Shown here: piece after piece, positions 1 to 11,025 of the stretch
How the letters are laid out: each line of letters starts with the position of its first letter
How positions within the stretch are numbered: the first letter of the stretch is position 1
From: an uncultured Gemmatimonadales bacterium
GTDB lineage: Bacteria > Gemmatimonadota > Gemmatimonadetes > Gemmatimonadales > GWC2-71-9
Reading direction: 5' to 3'
DNA length: 64,000 nucleotides
NCBI GenBank assembly: GCA_963695555.1
Contig: CAVOGR010000001.1
Coordinates: 64,001-128,000 of the forward strand
The notes under the pieces: model-generated
Told to the model about the DNA's origin: nothing
The model's database searches: none
What the model saw: only the letters and a program-made list of their open reading frames with translations
Position numbers and translations under genes: made by a program

Positions 1-1458
1 GTCCTGGCGCGCCACGTAATGGATTCCGTGCCGTCGCTCCTGGCCTTGCGGCCGGATATTCCCGCTCCGGTGAGACGGGCGGTCGTCAAGGCGCTGGCCA
101 AGGAGCGAGAAGACCGTTTTGCGCGGCTTCGCGATTTCGCCACCGCCCTCCGGGCCGAGGCGGAGCCGGATGAGGACGCCGCGATCCAGTCCATTGCCGT
201 CCTCCCGTTCGTGAACGTGAGCGCGGACCCCGAGTTGGAATACCTGAGCGACGGGATCAGCGAGGAGATCATCAATGCGCTCACCAAGATCCAGCGGCTT
301 CGGGTTGCGGCCCGGACGTCGTCATTCGCGTTCAAGAACACCAAAGAGGACATCCGTTCCGTCGGCGTGCACTTGAACGTGCAGCACGTGCTCGAGGGCA
401 GCGTACGCACCTCGGGCAGTCGCCTCCGTGTCACGGCCCAGTTGATCAACGTGGCCGATGGATACCACCTCTGGTCCGAGCGGTATGACCGGGACATGCA
501 GGACGTCTTCACCATTCAGGACGAGATCGCGGAGAACATCGTCCGAGCGCTTCGCGTGCTCCTCAGCGAAGATGAGCGACAGGCCCTCCGACGTGCCCCA
601 ACCCGGGATGTGAAGGCGTACGAGTATTACCTGCGAGGGCGCCAGTTCTTCCACCAGGCCCGGAAGAAGAGCCTCCAGTATGCCCTCGAGATGTTCAATC
701 GAGCCATCGAGATCGATCCCGAGTTTGCCCTCGCCTACGCCGGGGTGGCGGACTGCTATACCACGCTCAACATGTTCTACCCAAGTGAGGGGGACGTTGA
801 GCGGGCGGACACGGCGAGCCTGCGCGCGCTCGAGCTCGATCCGGATCTGCCAGAGGCCCGGTCGGCTCGGGCATGGGCGTTGAGCCTGGCCAAGCGGTAT
901 GACGAGGCGGGACGGGAATTCCAGGCCGCTATTGCGCTCGACCCCATGCTCTTCGAAGCACGATATTTCTATGCGCGGACCTGTTTTCAGCATGGGAAAC
1001 TGGAGGATGCTGCGCGGCTGTTCGAGGAGGCCTGCAAGGTTCGGGAGGATTACCAGGCCAGGTTCTTCGCGGCACAGTCGCATGCAGCCCTGGGGCATGC
1101 GGCGGAGGCTGAGGGCGGGTACCGGCGCGCGCTCGAGGTGGTCCAGGAACACCTGGCGCTCAATCCCGACGATCCGCGCGCCGCGACCATGTGCGCCGTC
1201 GCACTGTGCCGCCTGGGCCAGCCGGAGGAGGGCCTCCGGTGGGCACGGCGTGCGGTCGAGATCGATCCCGAAGACGCCGGCGTGTGCTATAATGTCGCGT
1301 GCCTCTATGCCCTGGAGGGCCAGACCGATAAGGCCCTTTCCTGCCTGGAAGAGGCCATTGAGCGTGGATTCGGGCGTAAGGACTGGATCGAGCACGACCC
1401 CGACCTCGACTCGCTCCGCGGCGAGCCTCGCTTCCAAGCCCTGCTGTGGCAGGAGTGA
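1..1458 (+). CDS. Ser/Thr protein kinase with TolB-like and TPR domains (5' truncated by window)
   Basis: Frame is open from base 1 (VLARHVMDSVPSL...KALAKEREDRF, a kinase C-lobe tail), then SIAVLPFVNVS...YLSDGISEEII (TolB-like) and multiple TPRs ending DPDLDSLRGEPRFQAL. Confidence 0.85.
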   Translation, partial: VLARHVMDSVPSLLALRPDIPAPVRRAVVKALAKEREDRFARLRDFATALRAEAEPDEDAAIQSIAVLPFVNVSADPELEYLSDGISEEIINALTKIQRLRVAARTSSFAFKNTKEDIRSVGVHLNVQHVLEGSVRTSGSRLRVTAQLINVADGYHLWSERYDRDMQDVFTIQDEIAENIVRALRVLLSEDERQALRRAPTRDVKAYEYYLRGRQFFHQARKKSLQYALEMFNRAIEIDPEFALAYAGVADCYTTLNMFYPSEGDVERADTASLRALELDPDLPEARSARAWALSLAKRYDEAGREFQAAIALDPMLFEARYFYARTCFQHGKLEDAARLFEEACKVREDYQARFFAAQSHAALGHAAEAEGGYRRALEVVQEHLALNPDDPRAATMCAVALCRLGQPEEGLRWARRAVEIDPEDAGVCYNVACLYALEGQTDKALSCLEEAIERGFGRKDWIEHDPDLDSLRGEPRFQALLWQE

Positions 1459-1475
1459 GGGGCAGATCCGTCGTC

Positions 1476-3050
1476 GTGCCAACGCCCATTCCAGTGCGCC
1501 AACCGGTCAGCCCTGAATTCCTGCGACTCCAAGCCGAGGTCGCGGGACGCTACTCGCTGGAGCGGGAATTGGGACGCGGCGGCATGGGCATCGTGCTCCT
1601 CGCGCGCGATGTTGCGCTCGACCGGCTGGTGGCCATCAAGTTGCTGCCGCCCGGACTCGCGGCCGAGTCGGAGCTCAGGGAGCGGTTCCTCCGCGAGGCA
1701 CGCACCGCCGCCGGGCTGTCCCACCCGCACATCGTGCCGATTCACGCCGTGGAAGAGCTCGACGACTTGGTCTTCTTCGTCATGGGCTTCGTCGACGGCC
1801 AGACCCTGCGTGAGCGGGTGGAGCAGCATGGCCCGCTCTCGCCCCGGGCTACTATGCAGCTGGTGCAGGAAGTCGCCTGGGCCCTAGGCTACGCCCACTC
1901 GCGCGGCATCGTGCATCGGGACGTCAAACCGGAAAACATCATGCTCGAGCGTGCCACCGGCCGGTCGATGGTCACCGACTTCGGCATTGCCAGTGTGGCC
2001 GCGCTCGATGAACCGGGCCCGTCGTCGACGATCAGCGGGACCGCCCGCTACATGAGCCCGGAACAGGCCATGGGCGAAGCGGTCGACGCCCGAAGCGATC
2101 TCTATTCCCTGGGGGTGACGGCCTTTTTCGCGCTCACCGGCCGGACCCCATTCGAGGCGTCGACCAGCCAGGCGCTCGTGGCCCAACACCTCACGGCGCC
2201 GCCGCCATCCGTCCTTGCGCTGAGGCCCGAAGTCTCCGCCAAACTGGCGGCGGTGATCGATCGCTGTCTCGCGAAGGCCCCCGACGCACGCTTTGCCTCG
2301 GCCGATGAACTGGCCCAGGCAGTGGGCGCTGTGCGAGGCCGACAGTTCCGGGCCCCCCCCTTGGTCCGGAACTTCATTCGAAATGCCGAAGTGAGCACGG
2401 CGGTGGTCCTCACCGCCGCGGTGGTGGGAAGCGGAGCAAATGTTGATGCCGGTGGTATGACTGTCGTCATCGCCCTCGTGTTGGCCCAGCTGGTGATCGC
2501 CGCGCGAAAGCTCCTGCTCGAGGGCTACTGCTTCGACGACATCCACATGGCCTTGCTCGCCGAGGCGCAGGTACAGGAAGAGGAGGCAGAGGCGGTTGGA
2601 CAACGACGCTTCATCCGCAAAGTGTACGGAGCATGGCACCGCATCTGGGCGGGCAGGTTGGGACGACGATTCTTCAAGATTGCCGGGTATCGTCTCGCGA
2701 CCCCGGGGCACCCTGCGCTCCCCTCGGCGGATCCGACCGAAGTGGTCCTCGGCCGGTCAATTGCCGAGCTCTACAAGTCACTGCCCTCCGAGGAACGCAA
2801 GCAATTTACTGAGGTGCCGCAGGTGATCCGCCGGCTCGAACGCGACGCGGAGTCGCTGCGCCGACGCGGTGATCAAGGGGAACGGCTGGCCAGTGCCGTG
2901 GCCGCGCTCGAGAACCTCCGACTCGGCATGCTGCGGCTCCGCGCCGGCACGGGTACCGTCAGCGATCTCACGGCCGACCTGTCACGCGCTCGCGAAATCG
3001 GCGATCGAATCGATGCGGAGCTGGAGGTGAAGGAGATGATTAGGGAATAG
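1476..3050 (+). CDS. Ser/Thr protein kinase with membrane segment and C-terminal helical domain
   Basis: [22 protein letters not shown] and GTARYMSPE motifs; GTG start at 1476 chosen downstream of the previous stop. Confidence 0.9.
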   Translation: MPTPIPVRQPVSPEFLRLQAEVAGRYSLERELGRGGMGIVLLARDVALDRLVAIKLLPPGLAAESELRERFLREARTAAGLSHPHIVPIHAVEELDDLVFFVMGFVDGQTLRERVEQHGPLSPRATMQLVQEVAWALGYAHSRGIVHRDVKPENIMLERATGRSMVTDFGIASVAALDEPGPSSTISGTARYMSPEQAMGEAVDARSDLYSLGVTAFFALTGRTPFEASTSQALVAQHLTAPPPSVLALRPEVSAKLAAVIDRCLAKAPDARFASADELAQAVGAVRGRQFRAPPLVRNFIRNAEVSTAVVLTAAVVGSGANVDAGGMTVVIALVLAQLVIAARKLLLEGYCFDDIHMALLAEAQVQEEEAEAVGQRRFIRKVYGAWHRIWAGRLGRRFFKIAGYRLATPGHPALPSADPTEVVLGRSIAELYKSLPSEERKQFTEVPQVIRRLERDAESLRRRGDQGERLASAVAALENLRLGMLRLRAGTGTVSDLTADLSRAREIGDRIDAELEVKEMIRE

Positions 3051-3114
3051 GGAGTGGGAGGGTAGGGAGTAGGCCAGGAACGTCCCACTCCCTACTCCCT
3101 GCTCCCTCCTCCCT
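3041..3114. repeat. Inverted arrays of TAGGGAG-type heptamers between convergent genes
   Basis: TAGGGAA TAGGGAG TGGGAGGG TAGGGAG TAGG facing TCCCA CTCCCTA CTCCCTG CTCCCT CCTCCCT. Confidence 0.8.
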
Positions 3115-5116
3115 TTAAATACCTCGTGATCTTCAATGTGAAAGTCGAGCCCGTGCCCAGCGCGCTCTCCACCTGGATATCGCCGCCCAGGAGCCGCGCG
3201 AGTCGCCGGGAGAGGGTGAGGCCCAAACCAGTCCCGCCGCCCTTGGCCGAATCGGCGCGTTCGTAGGCGTCGAACAGCACAGCCTGCTGGGCCGGGTCGA
3301 TGCCCTTACCCTGGTCCACCACGGCGATTCGCAATTGGGTGTCATCGGCCTCGAGCCGAATGACCACTTCCGTGCCGCCGCTGTGCCTGATCGCATTGCG
3401 CAGCAGGTTGATCAAGATCTGCTGCACGCGGATCGCGTCGGTGCGGCAGGGTAGCGAGTGATCGCCGCCCTCGACAGCGATGCCGACGCCCTCACGGTGG
3501 GCTTCCGGCTGGACCATTGTGAGCGAGTGGGCAATGATATCCATCGCGTCCACATCTGACACGCTGGGTTTCAGCTTCGCCACATCCAGGCGGCTCAGGT
3601 CGAGCATGTCATTGACGATTTCCATGGCATACTCGGCGCAGTCCACCGTTTCGTACACTTCCCGCGGCGGCTGAGGCCCGGTCTTCCGCAGTAACAGCTC
3701 GGCCCAGCCGTACACCCCGGTGAGCGCATTGCGGAGCTCGTGGTTGACCATGGCGTAGAATCGGTCTCGCGAGATGTGCATGGCCTGCAACTCGGTAATG
3801 AGGCGTGAGTTCTCGACGGCGACCGCGGCCTGAGCCGCGAGCATCTGCGCGATGGCCTCATCTTCTGCGGAAAAGTCTACTGCGCCGGTCTTCTCCGTGA
3901 AGTAGAGATTGCCGATCGGACCATAGCGGCCGATGACCGGCACGCCGAGGAACGAGCGCATGGGCGGATGGCCGGGTGGGAAGCCGTGGGCATCGGGATC
4001 TGTGGTCAAATCCTTGAGGCGGATAGGCCGTTGAGCGGCAATGACCTGCCCAAGCACGCCACGTCCCGTCGGTGGGGCCCCGATGGTGTGTCGTTGTTCG
4101 GGCGTCAGCCCGCTGGTAATGAAAGTCTCGAGCGCGGCGCGGTCCGGGCTCAGGATGCCGATCGCCGCGTAACGGCACCCGATAACACTCCTGGCGGAGT
4201 CCGCCACTTCCTGGAGCACCGTCTCGACGGAGAGCTGGCTGTTCAACCGGATGGCGGCGGCGAGCAGGAACCCCAATCGTTCGTCACGGCGCTGGAGCGT
4301 GTCGAGCGCACGCCGGTTCTCGGTGATGTCCCGCACGATCACGAGGGCCTCGTCGGGGCCGCTCACCGCGATCCGCGCCTCGAAGAAGCGGGGCGCGCTG
4401 TCGAGTACGAGCGGGTATTCGAAGGTCTGCACCTCGCCTGTTCCGAACGCCTGCTCCAGCGCGGCCATCGCCGGGTCCGAAATGGCTGGGGGCAAGATGT
4501 CGCTGATCTTCCGACCAAGAAACTCTTCGGGGGGCATCGCAGGCTCGATGTCCTGGCCCGGGACGTACTCGAGGAAGGTGCCGTCCCGTTTGACCCGGAA
4601 GATCATATCGGGCAGGGCCCACAACAGCGCCCTGAGGCGCTCCTGTCCTTCCCTGACTGCCGTTTCAAAGTGCTTGCGCTCGGTGATGTCCACCGAGATG
4701 CCCATGACCCCCAAAATTTCGCCCGGGCCCTCCCGCATCGGTTCGATGTGGAGATCGTAGCAGATGCTCTGCCCGTCGACGGTTCCCATCACTTCGATGG
4801 TGTCTCCCGTCCCGGTCTCGAGCACCCGGCGTTTGGCCGCGGTTACTTTGGCCGCCACGGGCGGGGGCAATAGGTCCTCATCGGTCTTGCCCAGCGCATC
4901 GGCCGAGAAGAGGCCCGGGCGAGCGTTGTAGACCCAGGTGTAGCGGAGATCGCGGTCTTGATTGAACATGCCGACCCGCGACCCGCGCAGGGCCGAGCGG
5001 AATCGCGCGACCTGCTCGGCCTCGTCCCGTCGCTCCTGGCGGAGTTCGGTAACGCGGCGATCGAGCGCGGTGAGCTCCTCGGAGCGGGAGCGTCGGCTGG
5101 ACTTCGATCCGGACAT
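3092..5116 (-). CDS. PAS-PAS-GAF sensor histidine kinase
   Basis: Two PAS/PAC units (DITERK, DITENR), GAF with GFPPGHPPMRSFLGVP, H-box NHELRNAL, N-box NLLRNA, DQGKG and GTGLGL; start at MSGSK is inferred. Confidence 0.9.
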   Translation of the reverse strand: MSGSKSSRRSRSEELTALDRRVTELRQERRDEAEQVARFRSALRGSRVGMFNQDRDLRYTWVYNARPGLFSADALGKTDEDLLPPPVAAKVTAAKRRVLETGTGDTIEVMGTVDGQSICYDLHIEPMREGPGEILGVMGISVDITERKHFETAVREGQERLRALLWALPDMIFRVKRDGTFLEYVPGQDIEPAMPPEEFLGRKISDILPPAISDPAMAALEQAFGTGEVQTFEYPLVLDSAPRFFEARIAVSGPDEALVIVRDITENRRALDTLQRRDERLGFLLAAAIRLNSQLSVETVLQEVADSARSVIGCRYAAIGILSPDRAALETFITSGLTPEQRHTIGAPPTGRGVLGQVIAAQRPIRLKDLTTDPDAHGFPPGHPPMRSFLGVPVIGRYGPIGNLYFTEKTGAVDFSAEDEAIAQMLAAQAAVAVENSRLITELQAMHISRDRFYAMVNHELRNALTGVYGWAELLLRKTGPQPPREVYETVDCAEYAMEIVNDMLDLSRLDVAKLKPSVSDVDAMDIIAHSLTMVQPEAHREGVGIAVEGGDHSLPCRTDAIRVQQILINLLRNAIRHSGGTEVVIRLEADDTQLRIAVVDQGKGIDPAQQAVLFDAYERADSAKGGGTGLGLTLSRRLARLLGGDIQVESALGTGSTFTLKITRYLKGGGSRE

Positions 5117-5318
5117 TAGACCATGAAAAGTAGTCGGCGCCACCCCGGCCGGAAGGCATAGCGGCGGGCCGTTCAAAGTCTCATCCCCTGGGATGCCTAT
5201 GTTTTCGGGCAAATTCCCTGATCGATGCCTTGCGCGGGCTGGAATAATGCCCCATTATGCGGTCGGCGTTTTGTTCGTTCCTCGATCTCAGACCCAACCC
5301 CATTCCAGGAGCCGGAGC

Positions 5319-5612
5319 GTGAACAAGGAAGATTTTGCCGACAAGCTGGCCAAGAAGGTCGACATCTCGAAGACCAAGGCGATGGACGTCATTGATTGCG
5401 TCTTTTCCACCAAGCCGCGTCAGGGCATCATCGCGACCGAGCTGGATGCCGGCCGGGATGTCACGATCACCGGGTTTGGCACTTTCCGCACCAGGAAGAT
5501 GAAGGCGCGCAAGGGCCGGAATCCGCAGACCGGCAAGGAAATCATGATCAAGGCTCGGAAGACGGTGTCCTTCCGCGCTGGGAAAGGCCTGAAGGACCGC
5601 GTCAAGGAATAG
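5319..5612 (+). CDS. hup: HU family DNA-binding protein
   Basis: GTG start after AGGAG; VNKEDF...GFGTF...ARKGRNPQTGKEIMIKA...FRAGKGLKD. Confidence 0.93.
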   Translation: MNKEDFADKLAKKVDISKTKAMDVIDCVFSTKPRQGIIATELDAGRDVTITGFGTFRTRKMKARKGRNPQTGKEIMIKARKTVSFRAGKGLKDRVKE

Positions 5613-5826
5613 ACACCCGGCTCACAGCCCTGGCCTGCCGCCGCTCGTCGCAGGCCGGGGCCCCGGGCCCGGGCTCCCCGCCCGTGCCTATGGCCTCATC
5701 GCCCAGGTCCCGGGGGTGGCCGACTCTCATGGTTGCCTCATCGATCCTTCACTCCTCCGTCTCAACTTTATAGCATTGCCACCCACTCTGAGGGCGTTAC
5801 CGTCGTATCGGTGACAGGAGGCGTGT

Positions 5827-6282
5827 ATGTCCGAATCCGTCTCGACCCTTCCTGTCAGGGAGGTCATGACCAAAGAGCCGATGGCGGTGCATCGGGACAT
5901 GACAATCGGCGAACTGGTCATCCTCTTCGATCATCACGATTACAACGGCTTTCCCGTCGTTGATGAGGAGGGAGTCCTGGCCGGCATCGTGACCAAGCTC
6001 GACCTCCTCAACTTGCTGCGCCCGGACGCCACGTTCGAGGTTCCCGAGCTGGCCTCCATCTCGGACCTACCGGTCAACCGCATCATGCGCCACGGGATCA
6101 TCACGGTCGAACCGGACGACGTGATCGCCGTCGTGGCCGACCTCATGGTGGAAACCCGCCTGCGGAGCATTCCCGTGGTCCAGCGACACAGCGGGAAGCC
6201 GGTGCTGGTAGGCATCGTCAGCCGTAATGATCTGCTCCGGCGCTTCTTGACCGAGGCCAGGGCGGAACCTCACCAGCGTTAA
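5827..6282 (+). CDS. CBS domain-pair protein
   Basis: VREVMT...FPVVDEEGVLAGIVTKLD and IMRHG...IPVV...GIVSRND; RBS AGGAGG. Confidence 0.9.
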   Translation: MSESVSTLPVREVMTKEPMAVHRDMTIGELVILFDHHDYNGFPVVDEEGVLAGIVTKLDLLNLLRPDATFEVPELASISDLPVNRIMRHGIITVEPDDVIAVVADLMVETRLRSIPVVQRHSGKPVLVGIVSRNDLLRRFLTEARAEPHQR

Positions 6283-6384
6283 GCCGGACGAGCTCCCGCT
6301 GCCCTCGACGGACACCCGAGTTCGCTCGCCCCGGAGCACTCGAGTCCACTCTCGCGACGCTTCCCGGGGCCGGTACGGCGACAA

Positions 6385-6413
6385 TTGCCACGGTCGCTTC
6401 GCGATTCTACCTT
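6385..6413 (+). promoter_or_regulatory. Putative sigma70 promoter
   Basis: TTGCCA-N17-TACCTT upstream of the 6441 start. Confidence 0.45.
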
Positions 6414-6440
6414 GCCTCAACCCTCGCTAGGAGTGAGGTC

Positions 6441-6713
6441 ATGAAACTCGATATCCGCGCACTCTCCATCGCCGGCGCCATCTTCTGGGGTGCCATGTTC
6501 TTCCTCCTCGGCCTGGCGAACCTCCTCTGGCCGCCCTACGCAGGCGCCTGGCTCGACCTGTTTGCCTCCGTCTACCCGGGCTATGAGGTAACCGCCACCT
6601 TCGGTGCTGTGATCGTGCTCACCCTGTATGCCGCACTCGACGGAGCGATTGCGGGGGCCGTGCTCGCATGGCTGTACAACCGGTTCGTCCGGACCGGAGG
6701 GGCTTCGGCGTAA
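6441..6713 (+). CDS. Small membrane protein (2 predicted TM segments)
   Basis: RBS AGGAGTGAGG; hydrophobic helices flanking SVYPGY. Confidence 0.8.
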   Translation: MKLDIRALSIAGAIFWGAMFFLLGLANLLWPPYAGAWLDLFASVYPGYEVTATFGAVIVLTLYAALDGAIAGAVLAWLYNRFVRTGGASA

Positions 6714-6735
6714 ACTCGGCTGGGGTCTCTGGGTG

Positions 6736-7905
<1,170 letters not shown>

Positions 7906-8007
7906 TTGTCCGTGCGAGCGCTCACGGGCGGCACCGCGCATATTGTTAAAATATCCGGGTGCAGGTACGAGCCCTCGACCTTTGGAAGTTCATGAGCGGA
8001 GGGAGTA

Positions 8008-8262
8008 ATGGCGGAAGAACCTGTTGGTATCGTGACGCATTTCTTCAAGGGACCGAGCGTGGCCATCATTCGCCTGGCCGAGGGGCCGTTGGCCGTGGGA
8101 GACAAGATCCACATCGTCGGCCATACCAGTGACTTCACCGAGACGATCACCTCGATGGAAGTCGACCATGCCAAAGTCGAGCGTGCGGCAAAGGGAGACG
8201 AGGTGGCAATCAAGGTGGTCGAGCGGGCCCGTGAGCACGACCGGGTCTTGAAGATCACCTAG
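8008..8262 (+). CDS. Stand-alone translation-factor-type beta-barrel protein (EF-Tu domain II / U32 C-terminal-like)
   Basis: VGIVTHFF...LAVGDKIHIVG...TDF...SMEVDH...A.KGDEVAIKV...RE.DRV; RBS GGAG. Confidence 0.8.
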   Translation: MAEEPVGIVTHFFKGPSVAIIRLAEGPLAVGDKIHIVGHTSDFTETITSMEVDHAKVERAAKGDEVAIKVVERAREHDRVLKIT

Positions 8263-8282
8263 CAAGCTGCCTCTCGCGGGGC

Positions 8283-9995
8283 TCACGCGCCCGGCTCCTC
8301 GCCTCCCCTTCGAAGAGTCTGGCCCAGCGCGCGAAACCCGAATGCCGGCGGCGTATACGACGCCGGCAGGTGCTCGTCGGGGATGGCCATCCGGTTGCCG
8401 TCGCGCACCGCCGCAAAGCTGGGCGACATGATCTCGACCCCTGCCGCATTGAAGGAATCCTGAATGCGCTGATGGAGCTCGGAGTAGATCACAGCCATCT
8501 GGTTCGGGGCGTCGGTGTAGGCGTTGATCTCGTACGTCACGTTGAAGTCGTTGAGGCTGGTCTGCAGTACGAACGGTGTTGGGTCATCCAGAATCTTCTC
8601 CGTGTCTTTGGCCGCCGCGAGCAAGAGCTCGTGGACCTTCTTCCACGGGGCATCGTATCCGATAGTCACCGCCGTGTGGAGAATCACACCCCGCCGCTTA
8701 GCTGACGAGCTGAAATTGATGATGTGGCTCGAGAGCACCATTGCATTGGGCACTGTGATGTCGACGTTCTTGATAGTGCGCACCCGGGTAACAAGCAGCG
8801 TCTTGGCGACGACATCACCTATCGTGTCGGCAATCTTGACCCGGTCGCCGATTTGGAAGGGCCGCATATAGGTCATGACGACGCCTGCCACCACGTTCGC
8901 GATGGCCGACGACGACCCGAACGAGATGAGCACGCCGAGGAATACCGAGATTCCCTTGAAGGCCGCCGTGTCGGACCCGGGCATGTACGGGTAGATCATG
9001 ATGGCCGCGAACACGATCACAAAGAACCGGACGATCGTGTAGGTGGGGTCGGCCCATTCGCGGTAAAACGAGCGAAACCGGATGTGGCCACGCTCGATGC
9101 CATTGAAGAACAGGCGAATGAACTTGAGCGCGTAAATGGTGACCACCACGATCACCGCGACCGTAATCAGATCCGGAATGTACGAGACGAAGGCCTGCCA
9201 CCCCTGCTGCAAGGGATCGAGGACGGAATTGATGAGAGCCGCCGACCACCGGCGGGTCCAGGGGAAGAACCCCAAAACCAGCGGCAGGAAGAAGTAGAGT
9301 AGCAGGATGACCGTCACCACCCGCAAGACCTTGGCGATCGCAATGATCGTATCGGTCAGGCGGGTCGAGGAAATCAACTCCAGCCGCTGAATCTTGATCG
9401 AGGGGATCCTGGTCTCACGCCACGACTCGAGCTTGGCGTAGACCGCCGGGAAGAAGCGGTTGAGGCCCTTGAATAGGGCGACCAAGGCCCCGGTCGCGAG
9501 CAGGGTCCACAACGCGCCGAGCAACAGGCTCCGGATCGTCACGCTGCGGCCGCGTCCTTGAATGGCCTCTTGCACGCGCTGGGCATAGACCTGGGCCACT
9601 TCGAGGCGGGGCCGGGCGGGGCCCACCGTGTCCTCCGGGAGGATTCGGAGCAGCGCCACGCTGCCGACTCGGAGTTCGAAGGTGCTGTCGACTACCTCGA
9701 CGGCGGTCGAGCGCGCAGCTGTCGTCTTGGCCAGGCTATCGATGCGGCCGACGAGGGCGCTGGCGCGCGCGGCCGGCGTGAATGGGCCAAGAGTCCCGTA
9801 GAGGGTAAAGAGCGTGTCGCCCCGGATCACCACGGGCGCGCCCCCGGCCTGGGTCGTGTCGACAGCGGGAGACGCAATGGTGTCGGCCTGCCCGAGCGCT
9901 GGGCCAGCCGTACTGAGAGTCAGGGCGAGCGCCAGGCCGGCCCACCGAGCCTGCCGGACCGTTTGCTGCCATCCAAGAACCGAACGCGTGATCAT
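8283..9995 (-). CDS. mscS: MscS-family mechanosensitive channel with N-terminal periplasmic domain
   Basis: Signal-like N-terminus, TM helices, RPFQIGDRVKI, VPNAMVL, DSFNAAGVEIMSP; start is approximate. Confidence 0.9.
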   Translation of the reverse strand: MITRSVLGWQQTVRQARWAGLALALTLSTAGPALGQADTIASPAVDTTQAGGAPVVIRGDTLFTLYGTLGPFTPAARASALVGRIDSLAKTTAARSTAVEVVDSTFELRVGSVALLRILPEDTVGPARPRLEVAQVYAQRVQEAIQGRGRSVTIRSLLLGALWTLLATGALVALFKGLNRFFPAVYAKLESWRETRIPSIKIQRLELISSTRLTDTIIAIAKVLRVVTVILLLYFFLPLVLGFFPWTRRWSAALINSVLDPLQQGWQAFVSYIPDLITVAVIVVVTIYALKFIRLFFNGIERGHIRFRSFYREWADPTYTIVRFFVIVFAAIMIYPYMPGSDTAAFKGISVFLGVLISFGSSSAIANVVAGVVMTYMRPFQIGDRVKIADTIGDVVAKTLLVTRVRTIKNVDITVPNAMVLSSHIINFSSSAKRRGVILHTAVTIGYDAPWKKVHELLLAAAKDTEKILDDPTPFVLQTSLNDFNVTYEINAYTDAPNQMAVIYSELHQRIQDSFNAAGVEIMSPSFAAVRDGNRMAIPDEHLPASYTPPAFGFRALGQTLRRGGEEPGA

Positions 9996-10098
9996 CGTAG
10001 ATCCTGAGAAGTGGAGCCCCAACGGGCCCCAGAGAATGGGAAATATATCAGGCAGCAAGCCGGTCTGTTGGCCGGAAGGCGGGGTCGCGCTGCCCGGC

Positions 10099-11013
10099 CT
10101 AGGCGGTGCCTGGGCCGTTGGTGACGCGGACCTGGAGCGGGGGCATGCCCACCAGTTCGAGACTCGATGACGCGAGCCCCACCTGTCCGCCGGCGGCCGC
10201 CAGCTCATCGAGCAGCCGAGTGGAGATCTTGTCTTTGGTTATGCGCCGGCGGCGGTAATTGACCACATAGCGGGCGGTAAATTCGAGCCAGTTTTCCGAT
10301 GCCACCATCGTGATCATCGGCTCCACCTGCGCCTCCTCGATCCGGTACTTCCGGACCATTTGCTCCCACGACTCCTTGGCGAACGCGGTATACTCGCCGA
10401 CCTCGGCCTGGAGGACTCGGGTCAAGATCTCCCGCGCCAGGTGATGATCGCTGCCATGTCGGATGGCGATGGTGAACTCATCCCAGAGGAACGGGAAGTC
10501 CGCCGAGTAATTGAACACCGGTTCCTTGAAGACGAAGCTATTGGCGATGCGAACGATGCGACCATTGTATAGATCGCCCTTCACCCAGTCTCCGGTCTCC
10601 ATGAGCGTAGTGCGGAACACACCGATGTCGATCACGTCGCCGCGGATGCCGCCGAGCAGAATGCGATCGCCAACGCGGAAGAACTGTCCGAGTGAAATGG
10701 CGACCCAGCCCGCGATGCTGGCGATGACTTCCTGCAGCGCGAAGGCGATCCCGGCTCCGGCCACACCGAACGCCACCGTGAGGGTGCCGAGTTGTTGGCT
10801 GAAGATCGCCGCGATCATCAACAACGCCATAAAATAGCCGGCGAAGGTCACGACCTTCCGGCTGCGGTAGCGCATGTCGGTGTCGGGTATCAGGCGCCGC
10901 AGCCAGCGATTGATGAGGCGCACGAAGATGCCCACGATCAGCACCGCGATCAGCGAGGTCGCGGCTTTCCGGATCATCGGATTGGCGAGCCAGAGTGCCT
11001 GGAGTTCCTGCAT
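10099..11013 (-). CDS. mscS: MscS-family mechanosensitive channel
   Basis: GIAFALQE, FRVGDRI, GDVIDIG, IANSFVF. Confidence 0.9.
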   Translation of the reverse strand: MQELQALWLANPMIRKAATSLIAVLIVGIFVRLINRWLRRLIPDTDMRYRSRKVVTFAGYFMALLMIAAIFSQQLGTLTVAFGVAGAGIAFALQEVIASIAGWVAISLGQFFRVGDRILLGGIRGDVIDIGVFRTTLMETGDWVKGDLYNGRIVRIANSFVFKEPVFNYSADFPFLWDEFTIAIRHGSDHHLAREILTRVLQAEVGEYTAFAKESWEQMVRKYRIEEAQVEPMITMVASENWLEFTARYVVNYRRRRITKDKISTRLLDELAAAGGQVGLASSSLELVGMPPLQVRVTNGPGTA

Positions 11014-11025
11014 GGTGGCGGCGCT

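Noticed and set aside
3041..3114. CRISPR array or IS terminal repeats
   Set aside because: Units are 7 bp with no spacers, and there are no cas or transposase genes
5319..5612. HU insertion (STKPRQG) as a novelty
   Set aside because: Similar short insertions before GII are, as I recall, typical of HU proteins in this lineage
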